From assembly GCA_964016885.1 (NCBI GenBank), contig OZ024745.1, forward strand, positions 83,824,001 to 83,888,000: DNA of 64,000 nt, given 5' to 3'. The translations under genes were made by a program, and so were the position numbers. The notes beneath the pieces are model-generated. The model made no database searches and was not told the DNA's origin. It was given only the letters and a program-made list of their open reading frames with translations. Below are positions 1 to 12,724 of the stretch, piece by piece. Source of the DNA: Eledone cirrhosa. Lineage: Eukaryota. Position 1 is the first letter of the stretch, and each line of letters opens with the position of its first letter.

Positions 1-351
1 TTATAAGTATAAACTTCAAAGTGGATTTAAAGAATACTTTTTGCATTAATCCAACAGAATTATTTCTAGATTTGGTACATGAAATATTAAGATTTTTCAA
101 ATATTTTAAGTTTTGATTGATTATGACAAGCTTATGAAAACATAATTATTTGATGTGAATATATTGCTTTCTCAAATTTTGCGTGCTATTAAACAAAATG
201 TTATTTTCATTATATGTATGTGTGTGTATGTGTGTGTTGTTGTTGTTGGGCTCGTCGTGGTGTTGGGAATATTTTTAAAAAGACAGAATTCAATTGAGTC
301 AATAGAGAATTCAATTATTTCAAACAGGAAATTATTGTATTCAAATAAATA

Positions 352-1250
352 CGAGGTGTGTCAGAAAGGTTCCAGGACTGATGTCACAAAAGATTTATTT
401 CAAACCCAAACTTCACACTAAGAGTTTTCTTCTTCAAAGTAACCCCCCTGGAGTCTAACGCACTTTTCCATCCTTTTCTGCCACGCTTGCATGCACTCCT
501 GGAAGGATTCTTCCGGGATCCTCCGTAGTTCCGTCGTCACGGCCTTTTTTTATGTCGTCCACGTCTTCAAAACGGGTCCCCTCCGGGTCGTACTCGAAGA
601 TCCATGATTCATGACCGGTGATGACTGTCCCTAGCAAGTCTGGTTCGGTTTCAAGACGCTCGAGGATGTCCTGGCACACTTGCATACGTCGACCCTTCTG
701 GTCATCGTTCAGAAATGTTGGCACCATCTTCGCGCAGACTTTCCGCATGTCCAAATCTTCAGTGAGAATCTTCCAGACGCTGTCCGGATTCATGCCCAGC
801 TCATTTGCCATCAATCGAACGGTCAGCTGAGGATCGTTACGCACCATCTGCCTGACGCGCTCAACGTTGACCTCAGTCCTGGTTGTTGAGGGCCTTCCGC
901 TCCTGGGGTCATCTTCCACGTCCTCGCGTCCTTCTTTAAACCTCTTGCACCACTCAAAAACACGTGGGCATGACATCGTCTCATTTCCATACACTTGCTG
1001 CAGCGGAGTTTTCCCCAACCGTACCAGATACTTCAAGTTTGTTCGTTGCTCTGTGTTCATTGCTTGACGACCTGAAACAGAGGACATGTATATAAAATTA
1101 TGAAGAAAAAAGTTTGATCGCTGCAGAGAGCTAAGATTACAGTTACATATTCCAGGGGGATTACTTTGAAGGAGAAAACTCTTATTGTGAAGTTTGGGTT
1201 TGAAATAAATCTTTTGTGACATCAGTCCTGGAACTTTTCTGACACACTGC
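352..1250 (-). mobile_element. Tc1/mariner DNA transposon, internally deleted, with ~95-100 bp TIRs
   Basis: Preceded by TA (350-351). 356-453 is the reverse complement of ~1151-1247. The minus-strand ORF has mariner motifs (HTH 'VFEWCKRFKEGREDVEDDPRSGRP', 'KVCAKMVP', 'ITGHESWIFEYDPE'). Confidence 0.93.
420..1060 (-). pseudogene. Mariner transposase remnant lacking most of the DDD domain
   Basis: Translation jumps from YDPE directly to GTRFEDVDDIK. The first catalytic Asp reads TGHESW instead of TGDESW. There is a frameshift before the C-terminal '...KCVRLQGGYFEEENS*'. Confidence 0.85.
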
Positions 1251-1404
1251 ACATGGTATGTGTATGGTGTCTCCTGTTGTATGTCTGTGTGTGTGGGGGG
1301 GGGGTCTGGCTCAATCAGATCAAATATCTAGATTGATGTCTAAATAATCTACGCTAGTCAGATCTGTGGCTACAGTGATCTTAAGTCCTAACTTATTGAA
1401 CGTG

Positions 1405-2240
1405 GCTGTTAGGTCTTCTCAAAAACGGTCAAGGTCGTCACCGTTTTTAGGGCCCAATAACGTCAGACCGTCGTCGCCGTATAAACCCGTGTGGAAGTCC
1501 GGGAATTTGACTTACAACATATCCATATGTATAATCCAACCAAATAGCATACATCAGCACAATCGAGTAATCCCATTGAGACATCGGATAGTTCTGAGGC
1601 AGTAGATGTTTTTGTCCAGACTACACGATTACTGGACAGGAGAGTTTTTCTGCAGTGGCTAATGATCTGTCTATCTAAGTCATGGACTGCGGTATATGTA
1701 TGGGCGAACGCTAATGCTATATCCAACAAGGTCACCGAGATCGACGAGTAGAAGTTTGCTATGTCGAACTGGATGAATTTAGCATTGTTGGAGCTGAAGG
1801 ATTGAACCACTTAACAACTAAGTCACTATTTCCCCACTGGAACAGATTGCATTTCTTTCTAATGGTCTTAACTAGTCCTCTAAGAATAGGTTTGCTAACT
1901 AGCCTCATCACTGTACGTGCTGGGTTCAACAGTCTACAAGTGGAGTTAGTAGCAAAAATCGACCTTGTGATCCTAAAGGGCTAAAAAGGCTTCAGACTTA
2001 GCTAGGCATTCTAGTTTCATACTAAGGGTGGGGGCTAGGGTATTGGCTTCACTTGTGCAGAAAATCTAAACTGACGGGAGTGTCTGATTTTTTGTACTTC
2101 GACGCTTCGACGTTATAGTTTTTCGTGTCAAGTGGTTGTAAGTAGTATGGTCAACTTTAAAAGGGAGAGCTTTATCAACTCGGCATAGTCTTCTCGAGGA
2201 TGAACTCCAGGAAGTAAAACATTTAGTAGATACTCAACCC
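1405..2240 (-). mobile_element. Penelope-like (Naiad-type) reverse transcriptase fragment, decayed
   Basis: ORF 1463..1810 has 'FIQFDIANFYSSIS', 'HCRKTLL' and 'DVSMGLLDCADVCYLVGLY', matching the RTs at 14.6-15.3 kb and 39.3-40.6 kb. Confidence 0.8.
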
Positions 2241-2289
2241 TCCTCCTCTTTTGCTTGTAAAAATCTTACATGGGCTCATCATCGTCCAG

Positions 2290-2990
2290 GATAGTTTGAT
2301 AATGAGACTTATCTATGGATTGCCAAAGTTACTGGACGGAGACCAGATGACGGGTAAAGGATATCAAAGACTTTCTTCAAAACCTGTTCAAGAATATGAT
2401 AGCAGCAAGTCAGCCACAAGATATATTTTTTCAGACCTGCTTCAGTTTTCGTATTAGCTTCTTGGGGCATGCCGGTGTTACGGGCAGTGTTGTCGAAGGA
2501 CGTACCAATTGTTCTCTCCTCAATTTTCAGTAGTTGAATTTCCTTAAAAAAGATTTCAGTGACTTGTTGTATGGTTTCATCACTTGCAACCGGAACACCT
2601 GAGAGATCTTCCTTTCCTTCTCCTGTAACTAACACTGCAATCCAATCTTCGACTGTGCTGGATTGGGAAGCCGATACCAATAATTTTACGTGCAAATGGA
2701 GGACTAGCCGGAATCTGTCTTCGGGTGGGAAAAAGGATAACTCGATTTCCTGAACCACCTTCTCACGTTGATTGTTTCTTGCTCAATAATCAGTTGAGGG
2801 GAAAATCCAGAGTTGACACATCATGACCAAGATTCTTTACAATCGCGATGTAAGAAGTACTTGCTTGTTGTACCGATAATTTCTCTCGTTCCCACGTGGC
2901 AACAAGTGATGTGTCGAGAGTCGACTTTATTCGCAGTGATTTTCGGAGAAATGCTAACATGAAGGTGTCATTATCAACATCATTAATAGC
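2290..2990 (-). mobile_element. Decayed DDE DNA-transposase fragment (probably hAT/hATm-like)
   Basis: ORF 2309..2758 reads 'LHLHVKLL', 'IAVLVTG', 'SFDNTARNTG', 'LWLTCCYHILE'. These resemble the HWDGKLL / FDTTASNTG / WLACRHH motif series recalled for such transposases. Confidence 0.55.
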
Positions 2991-5451
2991 TGAGGGGGAT
3001 GACGAACTTTCACAAGTTACTTTCTCACACATCTATATCAATTACCACCAAACAGTCCCCCTCTATATATTTATATCTAACACTCTCATCTATCTCTTCA
3101 AAACTTGTACATAAAGTGTATCGCATATACAAATAGATGCGTGTTTTGGTAGTTTGGGATGAAAATATAATTTTGGGGAGCATGGTTCTTCCTGGATCCC
3201 CAATCCCGCCGCCTCTGCTGTATATATGAGCAGCGGAGAGAAAAGAAAGAGAAAAATGCCAATGTAGAGGACAACTTTGCAAACATATTTTCATTCTTTC
3301 TAAATTACTTTGTGGACCGTTATAAAATCTAACAATACGGCTGAATGTTGAAACGAAATGGTCAAGTATTTTGCATGTAAAGTGCCTCCTCAATGACTCT
3401 TTATTACAAAATAATATTTAGTATCTGTAGAGATTATGTCTTTGGAGGAAGGTATGTTATAATGTTTTCAATGAAGAATATTTTCGTTCGTTTGTCTCAA
3501 GGAAACATTGCGTGTCAAATAAATGAACTAAACCAGAAGCCTTGCTATGAAAATATATATAAAAAAGGCAATGGGAGGTAATATTTCGATAGTGTGATAG
3601 ATTCAAACTAACATGATAAGTCAGGACTGATATTGTTGAAGATTGTCTGGGTTTCTAGGATAACCGAATTATAATAGAGGTGACGGAGGAAGTTCGAAGA
3701 GAGATCCTGGTTTTTCCTGTGGGATTTATATCTTTACATCTGCACTACGCTTTTATCGCTTTCATTTCATTGTCGTCAGCTATCATATACATGTAAGGAA
3801 CTGGATTCGAACACACAATCTTTAATTCTATACAGTAAGACACTTTCCCATTGCATTATTCACACTTAGGTACTGATACTCATATGTACTGAACATGGGG
3901 TGCAAATGTTGCAATTTCTACATAATGATTTATAATTTTTGCTCAAGGCCAGCAAAATTGGGGTACTGGCAAATCTGACTATATCTACTTCAGTACATCA
4001 TTTATCGACCCAGGAATGATGAAAGGCAAATTAACGCTGACAGGATTTGAACACAGTAGGCCAAGATGCGGAACAAATGTCGGGGCCGTGGGGCGGCCAC
4101 CACGTGGAACTTCATTTGCTCATAGCAGTGAGAGAGGGGAGAGACGGAGGCAGTGACAGTGGGAGTGTGGTTCTTTTGTGTTCGAACCTGGTGTATATGT
4201 ATGTTTCTCATAGTTATGTATAGCTTACTTCACATTGTCTTCAGTATTTACAAATACCACAATGACATTTTATCCGACGCTGTTCTGATTCTGCCAAATC
4301 CACCAACATTGCTATTTCTACTCATTAAAAGCAGATCAAATCAACATTGAAGACATGATACACAATTTATTACTAGACACGTGTTTGGTTTCTAAGTATT
4401 CTGTTCGTTACGGAACAGCAAAACCACTAGTGATATATAAATATAATAGCAAATAGTGTAACTTATATGTTCTCATGTAAACACCTGCTTAAACACTTCA
4501 TTATAGATATATAATATTGCTGTGGGTGTTTTGTTCAAATAGATCATATTTATGTTTCATGCAGCATCCGTTGTATTCTGTATATGTGTATGTGTTGGCA
4601 TGTACGTTCATGTGTCTATATATGTATATATATCTAAGACCCTGTAAGCTTATGTATGTGTGCATATGAGATTAAAGAAATTAGTTCAGTGAATTCAAAA
4701 CGAGATAAAGAATAAATAACCTGCTCGGTATTTTCTAATATTTTGTAATTGTGTACACTTACTTTGGTACACATGTTTACAGAAGACTTTAAGTTAAGAG
4801 GCTTTGGTGTACAGAATATATAATGAACTACTGAACAAAGAATGTATGAAAAAGAAAAGTGTAAATTGATAAAGTTGAAACACTCATTAGATGCATCATA
4901 AATATATTTTGTATAAATCCGATAAGGATCCGGAAGGCTGGGACACTGCAGTAATGGAATATTCCGGTAGAATCACGATATAAACATAGCAAATAAATCA
5001 ATAATCAACAGATCATCCCACAGAGATACAAATCCAATATAATCTATTTGAGAAATGAATAAAGGTCAATTAAACTGGAAGAACAGAAAAGAGGGAGAAA
5101 AAGCAAAAGAATGTTAAATGAAAAATAAAAATGATGCCATAAATGGAAATACGGAAGGGAGTTGAACAAAAGTGGGTAAATTGTGAAGATAAAAGAATAA
5201 GAAGAGCTGAAGAGGGTTTATGAAATAATCGAAGTAATGTATAAGGTAAAATGTAAAACCTATGTGTGTGTAGAAGAATGTGTGCGAATATGTGAGATGC
5301 TGTTGCATAGATTGTGAGAAAAAAGCATAACAATGTAAATGGGTGTGTGAAAAATGGGTACGGTGAAATATATTGATGTACCTGTCTGTACATTTTGTGT
5401 CAGTGTATGCATGTGTTTGGAGAATAAATGTGGGTATATTGTGTGACTGTA

Positions 5452-5455
5452 AGAG

Positions 5456-5524
<69 letters not shown>

Positions 5525-5545
5525 GACAGAGACAGAGAGAGAGGG
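5452..5545. repeat. (AG)n microsatellite
   Basis: Directly visible. Confidence 0.97.
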
Positions 5546-5884
5546 GGAGATGAGAGGTCGTGAAGTACAAGTGATAGTGTTTATCGGGGTGTGGAAGGTA
5601 TTTTGGAGCGAAAGGCTTTGTACTTAGAGAAACGCAACTTTAGATATTGTGTTAGAATACAGATAAGCACTATACTTGTAGAAGGTTAGACGAAAACTTG
5701 TTATAGATAAGTAAATCCTTTAGGTAATCAACTATACCTCTGAAGAGTCTAGTATGTAATTAAATATTTCACTCGATTTAGAAGCCGTTATGAGTGCTGC
5801 AGCAATACGTTAAATGAGAGGTTTATGTGAGATGATATATATTTCACATCGTAACTTCTTACACCTCACCACCCAAACCACTTA

Positions 5885-6075
5885 AGCAGAATGCTGTTTG
5901 ATATTGGCATATATAATCATCCAGTTAGTTTTGTTGAAGAATCTAATATAGCAAAAGCGTTACTAGTCCTTGCACATGAACATGTACCGATTGATCAACG
6001 GTACCAAATGATTTTGAACAAGAATTCCCTAAAAATAACCTATAGTTACATTAACAATCTTAATCATATTGTGCT
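5885..6075 (+). mobile_element. Old Naiad-type Penelope linker fragment
   Basis: 'YNHPVSFVEESNIAKALLVLAHEHVPIDQRYQMILNKNSLKITYSY' aligns by eye to 'FNPPFN..STNL...DKNFPSDHKYHSLINKNTIKISYS' at ~39.3-39.4 kb. Confidence 0.6.
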
Positions 6076-6685
6076 GACGATATCATATGTATACTCAATA
6101 GAAATTGATAAAGTTATATCTGTATAAATACAGAGAGTGTAACCGAGTCTGCCCCAACGTGTATAAATATCTACACATATCTAATGTGTAGGCATATAAA
6201 CATGGTTTTACCTTGACAATAGGCATAAAAGCCAGAAACAGCTGTCAGTGACCTATCTATTCCTTCTGCTGGAACTCGGTAGGTGGCGCCAGCCATCACC
6301 TTTAAGATCCATTGCTACAGGTTTCCAAATATTTATTCGTAAACATATCGTATATTATTCGATATACAAACTTTACATACTCAATTGTATACAGCTATGT
6401 TGAAGTGAACACCTTAATTCTATTTTTTGTTCTGTCGGAATCAAATTAAAGTTCTGTATGCAAATGAGGCTAATCAGCCCATATACATAAGCGTTAAAAC
6501 TATATCTTTGCAGCTTATTTGAGTTCCAGTATGAAGGTGCGTTACTTGACAACGGCTGTACAAACTAGTCACCATCTTTAAAATTCATAGCTAAAGTCTT
6601 ACAAATGTCTATTCTTAAGCATATCGTATATTATTCGATATACAAACTCTACATGCATGGATCATGTATGCTAACAGCTATGTTA

Positions 6686-6687
<2 letters not shown>

Positions 6688-6784
<97 letters not shown>

Positions 6785-6803
6785 GCGTGTGTATATATAT
6801 ATG

Positions 6804-6834
<31 letters not shown>

Positions 6835-6852
6835 GTATATGTATATATGCAT
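6688..6852. repeat. (CA)n/(TA)n compound microsatellite
   Basis: Directly visible. Confidence 0.97.
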
Positions 6853-7620
6853 ATATGAAAATAAACCAAAGAAGCCTTCAATACATCAAAAGTCTTTATT
6901 AGCCAACAATGTTTCGTCCTATTAAGGACTCATCAGGGCAATTAAAGCTATAAGAAGCACTATCGGCCAATACAAGCCAAAAACTCAGAAGAATATGGAG
7001 TGTACATACATTAAAGCATAGGAAAATTATCGGGTAAGAATTATTAAGTAAAAATTGCTAAGGAAGTGAATAACATTTTGAACCATATTACAAATATAGT
7101 CCAATGCAAAAACTAAAGCTAAACAAAGGTCGTGATATAGAGCGGGAATTATTGTTCTATATATAATATAATATAATATAATATAATATAATATAATATA
7201 ATTGATAATGATAATAATAATAATAATATTAAAAGGCCCAATATACATATATATATATATATACATATGTACACATATATACATATATATCAATACACAT
7301 TTTCATCAATACAAGCACAAACTAACCGTTATTAAGAGTTTAAATATAAATAAGAATAATAAGAATAATAAGAATAAAAATAAAAATAAAAATAAAAATA
7401 AAAATATAATACATATATTATTTACAGTATAAAATGAAGAAGAAATGATTAAAAGTAAACATTGTTGGCTAATAAAGACTTTTGATGTATTGAAGGCTTC
7501 TTTGGTTTATTTTCATAATTCTTCGGCTCTGTTTAATTACATTGAGCTATACCTTTACTGTCATTTCTATAATACGAAGAGGGTGTTTAACTCCAACACA
7601 CTCTAGTATTTTAATTCTTA
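6853..7620. mobile_element. ORF-less Penelope pLTR derivative with ~60-bp inverted ends
   Basis: 6854-6914 is the reverse complement of 7457-7517. It contains a hammerhead motif and is flanked by (TA)n on both sides. Confidence 0.65.
6898..6943 (-). ncRNA. Type I hammerhead ribozyme (minimal)
   Basis: The minus strand reads AAUUGCC CUGAUGA GUCC uuaaua GGAC GAAAC auu GUU GGCUAAU: canonical core, perfect stem II, short stem III, and stem I GCC/GGC. Confidence 0.85.
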
Positions 7621-7622
7621 CA

Positions 7623-7980
<358 letters not shown>

Positions 7981-7994
7981 TAGGAAAAGGTTTA

Positions 7995-8089
7995 ACCCCG
8001 ACGGCAGAGCTCAATCCGTTTCGACGGCTATTTCTGGACTAAATTAGAATTTTTAGCGTGGTAATAAATAGCCGAACTTTTCAAGGGGT
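7995..8089 (-). ncRNA. Hammerhead ribozyme, U3-A8 core variant, long stem II (inverted pLTR copy)
   Basis: The minus strand reads ACCCC UUGAAAA GuuCGGCUAUUU...AAAUAGCCGuC GAAACGGa uugagcucu gCCGUC GGGGU. Confidence 0.75.
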
Positions 8090-10210
8090 AATTCCTTATA
8101 TGGGAAGATTGTAGTTGTCAAAAGATTGGTCAAAATATCTTGTAAACACAATTAAATCTTTCATGGCAGTGGGTGGGAGGTGGCGTGGCTGAACTTGCCT
8201 GTAGAACAATGAGGGAGTGGGTGGAGCCGGTGAAACGTTGAAAGTAAATTCTATACACCAAATTCTAAGGAGTGTGTTTGAAATTAGGATAGTTAGGAAG
8301 CAGGCGAAAAGGGATTCTGGAGGAATTAGAGAGTGGGACGTTATAGAATATAACTACCAGGAAAGAAACAACATTCTCCACGCCAGGAAGACAGTCCTCC
8401 TTTTCGACAACTCCAAGTGGATAAAGAGTGCTCCCAACTCCCCCTTCAACGTCAGTATGGGCGCGACCAACTCGGCCGAGGTTTATTATTCCTATTATAT
8501 AAACTCACCGAAATGTTTCCTGCATTCGGCGGTGGATTGTACCAAGACGATGGGCTCCTTACCCTCAAAGGTACAACCTCAGTAGTACAGATCGGGTCCG
8601 TAAACAAGTAATCAACTTCTTCCGGGACTGGGGTTTTAAAATCACCCTACAAACGTCCCTAACCCGAGTCAATTTCCTGGACGTTACCCTCAACCTCGAA
8701 AATCATCTGTACTACCCATCCAGGAAACCAAACGACAACCTGCACTACATCCACCACCGCTCTAACCATCCTAGAAACATCACCAATAACCTGGTTAAAA
8801 ACATATCCCTCCGCATATCTCGTTTGTCCGCTAATAAGCAGATATTCGATTAACATGCGCCTCATTACAACCAGGCCCTCAAGCGAAGCGGCTTTCGGGA
8901 GGAAAATCTCCTTTTTTCCAGCTTCCCTTAGCGGACCTATCAGCCGACGCCGCCGCTTACGCCACATAACGTCGTTCAACCCTCCCCACAATGCCGAGGT
9001 GGCAACACCAATCGGGAAAAATCTTCTTTAAGCTCCTCGAAAAACACTTCCCACCACAACACCGCTACCACAACGTAATCAACAAAAACACTATCAAACT
9101 CTCCTAGAGCACCACACCCAACTTCGTACAAAACATCGCCTCCTCAAACAAGAAATCCAACCCCTATGGAAGAAACAACCTAGACATTAGTGGAGAGCCG
9201 ACCAGGAGGTGTAACTGCCCTGATAGATCTAAGTGCCCCCTGAACAACAGATGCCGAGAACGTAACGTGATCTACCAATTCAACGTGAGGACTATATAGG
9301 TTTAACCGCTTGTGACTTTAAGACCCGGCTCTACCAACACCGACATACGTTCCGAAACCTGGCCCGGCAAGATGCCACTACATTTTCGGGCCACATCTGG
9401 GACCTCCAAGATAAAAAAATAACATACAATCTTACTTGGAGCTTACTGTCCAGGGCTAACTCCTACACGGGATGACGCCGTCCGTGTAACTATGCTCGGA
9501 GGAAACATTACAAATGCTGTTTACGAAGGACCAACTCCTAAACAAAAAAGAGGAACTTGTAACTGCATGTAAACACCGATTGCGTAGGACTTACCTCGCC
9601 CTCAAACCCCCTCATGTCCCGGGTGGGTAGACAATGGCTGCAACATCCTTCTTTTCCCCACTTGTCGAACAAGATAGCGAAAACCCCAGCTAACATGGGT
9701 AGATGTACTTCTTTTCTTTTCCTTTTTCTTTTCTTCTTCCCTTTATCTCTTCCTATCACTTCCTTCCACTCCCTCTCCTCTTCCTTTTCCTTTTTTCTCT
9801 TTCGCCTACCCATCGGGCTTTTGTAGCCTCAGTAGCCCACCCCAATAAATTTATATATAGCATTGGTCGAAAACGCAATACCACCCAAATATAGCAGCTA
9901 CTTAAGACTCTAAAGATTTTTTTATTACTTTTTACTATTTAATTTTATTATTTTTATATATTTTTTTTTATTTATTTATCTTTTAATCTCTATTTATTAA
10001 CCTATTCTATAACGTCCCACTCTCTACTTCCTCCAGAATCCTTTCTCGCCTACTTCCTAACGCTTGACCGTCTCCACCCACTCTCTCATTGTTCTACAGG
10101 CAAGTTCAGCCACCCCCACCACCTACCCACTGCCATGAAAGATTTAATTGTGTTTACAAGAAATGTTGACCAATCCTTTTGACAACTACAATCTTCCCAT
10201 ATAAGGAACT

Positions 10211-10305
10211 ACCCCTTGAAAAGTTCAGCTATTTATTACCACACTAAAAATTCTAATTTAGTCCAAAAATAGCCGTCGAAACGGCTTGAGCCCTGCCGTC
10301 GGGGT
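10211..10305 (+). ncRNA. Hammerhead ribozyme, U3-A8 core variant, long stem II
   Basis: ACCCC TTGAAAA Gttca GCTATTT...AAATAGC cgtC GAAACGGC ttgagccct GCCGTC GGGGT. Stem I is 5 bp, stem III is 5 bp, and the GUC site is at 10298-10300. Confidence 0.8.
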
Positions 10306-10395
10306 TAAACCTTTTCCTATTACCCACTCTACTACCCTAAGTATTGAGTACTCTGGTGCGTTATGGTCTATCTGGTTCCTTACCACACTTCCGTC

Positions 10396-10452
<57 letters not shown>

Positions 10453-10578
10453 ATGTATATATAATGTATTTTGCAATACACTTTATGCTTAATTAAAAGC
10501 ATTTTGAAGACCGTAAGCTATTGCTTTTTAGAGTAGTGACAAATTCACTTACTTTGATCTCAGCAAACAGGGGAGATA

Positions 10579-10623
10579 AGCCGACAAGGCCTTGTTTCGC
10601 TTTTGTTGAAGCTTATCAAGGCT
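10579..10623 (-). ncRNA. Hammerhead ribozyme (array copy 1)
   Basis: The minus strand reads AGCC UUGAUAA GCUU caacaa AAGC GAAACAAG gc CUUGUC GGCU. Confidence 0.85.
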
Positions 10624-10898
10624 AACTACTCCCACCTGTCTACCGAGATCACTGATGTTATATTCTTATAGAATTCTAGTAAATAATCAGGAGCTGATTA
10701 TGCAGAGCGGTTGTTGGTCAGGCAGAAATTAAAAATTAGAATTGGAGCTCTGAAATAGCAATATATATATGGATGTATATATAATGTATTTTGCAATACA
10801 CTTTATGCATAATTAAAAGCATTTTAAAGACCGTAAGCTATTGTTTTTTAGAGTAGTGACAAATTCACTTACTTTGATCTCAGCAAACAGGGGAGATA

Positions 10899-10943
10899 AG
10901 CCGACAAGGCCTTGTTTCGCTTTTGTTGAAGCATATCAAGGCT
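10899..10943 (-). ncRNA. Hammerhead ribozyme (array copy 2, core A9->U mutant)
   Basis: As copy 1, but the core reads UUGAUAU (plus strand gcatatcaagg). Confidence 0.75.
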
Positions 10944-11122
10944 AACTACTCCCACCTGTCTACCGAGATCACTGATGTTATATTCTTATAGAATTCTAGT
11001 AAATAATCAGGAGCTGATTATGCAGAGCGGTTGTTGGTCAGGCAGAAATTAAAAATTAGAATTGGAGCTCTGAAATAGCAATATATATATGGATGAAATA
11101 GCAATATATATATGGAGTAGTT

Positions 11123-11167
11123 AGCCTTGATAAGCTTCAACAAATGCGAAACAAGGCCTTGTCGGCT
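11123..11167 (+). ncRNA. Hammerhead ribozyme (array copy 3)
   Basis: AGCC TTGATAA GCttcaacaaatGC GAAACAAGGCCTTGTC GGCT. The GUC site is at 11161-11163, and stem II has one mismatch. Confidence 0.82.
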
Positions 11168-11443
11168 TATCTCCCCTGTTTGCTGAGATCAAAGTAAGTG
11201 AATTTGTCACTACTCTAAAAAAACAATAGCTTACGGTCTTCAAAATGCTTTTAATTAAGCATAAAGTGTATTTCAAAATACATTATATATACATCCATAT
11301 ATATATTGCTCTTTCAGAGCTCCAATTCTAATTTTTAATTTCTGCCTGACCAACAACCGCTCTGCATAATCAGATCCTGATTATTTACTAGAATTCTATA
11401 AGAATATAACATCAGTGATCTCGGTAGACAGGTGGGAGTAGTT

Positions 11444-11488
11444 AGCCTTGATAAGCTTCAACAAAAGCGAAACAAGGCCTTGTCGGCT
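11444..11488 (+). ncRNA. Hammerhead ribozyme (array copy 4)
   Basis: AGCC TTGATAA GCTT caacaa AAGC GAAACAAGGCCTTGTC GGCT. The GUC site is at 11482-11484. Confidence 0.85.
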
Positions 11489-11650
11489 TATCTCCCATGT
11501 TTGCTGAGATCAAAGTAAGTGAATTTGTCACTACTCTAAAAAACAATAGCTTACGGTCTTCAAAATGCTTTTAATTAAGCATAAAGTTTATTGCAAAATA
11601 CATTATATATACATCCATATATATATTGCTATTTCAGAGCTCCAATTCTA

Positions 11651-11681
<31 letters not shown>

Positions 11682-12315
11682 AGTAAAAACAATGAAATAA
11701 AAATTCAAGTCATTAGAAATATACTTCATTGCTTTACGATCGCTTCTAGGTGATAATAATACATCGTACACATATTTCGTTATCGATCTATGTAGGGTTA
11801 AGTACAAAATATCAAATAAGGAATATATTTATCATGTATATCATCAGCCGTTGTCAAAATCAATGACAATTTTATTCAAAATCAATAGTAAATTGAGTTC
11901 TATGACCTTATTTGGAGGTAGCTGAAGAACAAACCAATCAAATGGTTTTTTGCCATATGATGTTAAGATGAAATATAACTCACTTTATTTGAGGTCATGA
12001 CCCTTTGAAAGGAATGGTTGAATGGTGTTAAAAATAGAATTACTATAAAGAACCTATGAATAAAAAGGAATTGTTATATTGATAGTGGAGTGAATTGTTA
12101 TATTTATGGTGGAGTGAAGTTTAAAAAGGAATGTAAAAATTAAATGTTGAGTTGTGTTGTATGGAATTTTTAGGTGAATATAAATAAGTAAATATAAAAT
12201 ATACAGAAATAACTAGGATAAATATAGATAGGTAAAGTAATGGTCATAACTAGGAAGGATAGTATATTAAAAGATGAAAATTATAATAAGATAATAAAAT
12301 ATAATAATATAATAT

Positions 12316-12502
12316 AATTGTTTCTACTTTAGGCACAAGGCCAGCAATTACCCAGTGCTTTACTGTTACTTTAGTTTATCGAACCCGTAAGGATGAAAGG
12401 CAAAGTCAACCTCGGCGGGATTTGAATTCAGATTGTAAAGGGAAGTAACTATGCTGGAAAGCATGGCGTCCGACCCTCTACCTATACTGCCAATCCACCG
12501 CC
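12316..12502 (-). mobile_element. tRNA-derived SINE (family A)
   Basis: A-box-like TGGCAGTATAGG, B-box-like ATTCAAATCC, and a shared tail 'ggccttgtgcctaaagtagaaacaatt'. It is absent from the inverted pLTR partner. Confidence 0.88.
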
Positions 12503-12545
12503 TATATAATATAATATAATGTAATCCACCGCAATAATATTATAT

Positions 12546-12724
12546 AATTGTTTCTACTTTAGGCACAAGGCCAGCAAATTACCCAGTGCATTACTGGTAC
12601 GTTATTGTATCGACCCCATAAGGATGAAAGGCAAAGTCAACCTCGGCGGGATTTGAACTCAGATCGTAAAGGGACGTAACTATGCTGGAAAGCATGGCGT
12701 CCGACCCTCTACCGATACTGCCAA
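12546..12724 (-). mobile_element. tRNA-derived SINE (family A), second tandem copy
   Basis: Near-identical to 51560-51739, with B-box GTTCAAATCC. Confidence 0.88.

Larger units (their letters stand above)
10441..11654. mobile_element. Tandem plus inverted array of 320-bp hammerhead-containing monomers (retrozyme or non-autonomous Penelope pLTR array)
   Basis: The ggatg anchor recurs at 10451, 10771 and 11091 (period 320). 11113-11654 is the reverse complement of the same unit (period 321). No ORF. (TA)n on both flanks. Confidence 0.9.

Noticed and set aside
6342-6650. ~35-bp direct repeat (catatcgtatattattcgatatacaaact) 277 bp apart
   Set aside because: Short local duplication with no element hallmarks.
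10441-11654. CRISPR array or simple satellite interpretation
   Set aside because: The units are 320 bp with no unique spacers, the context is eukaryotic, and there are no cas genes.
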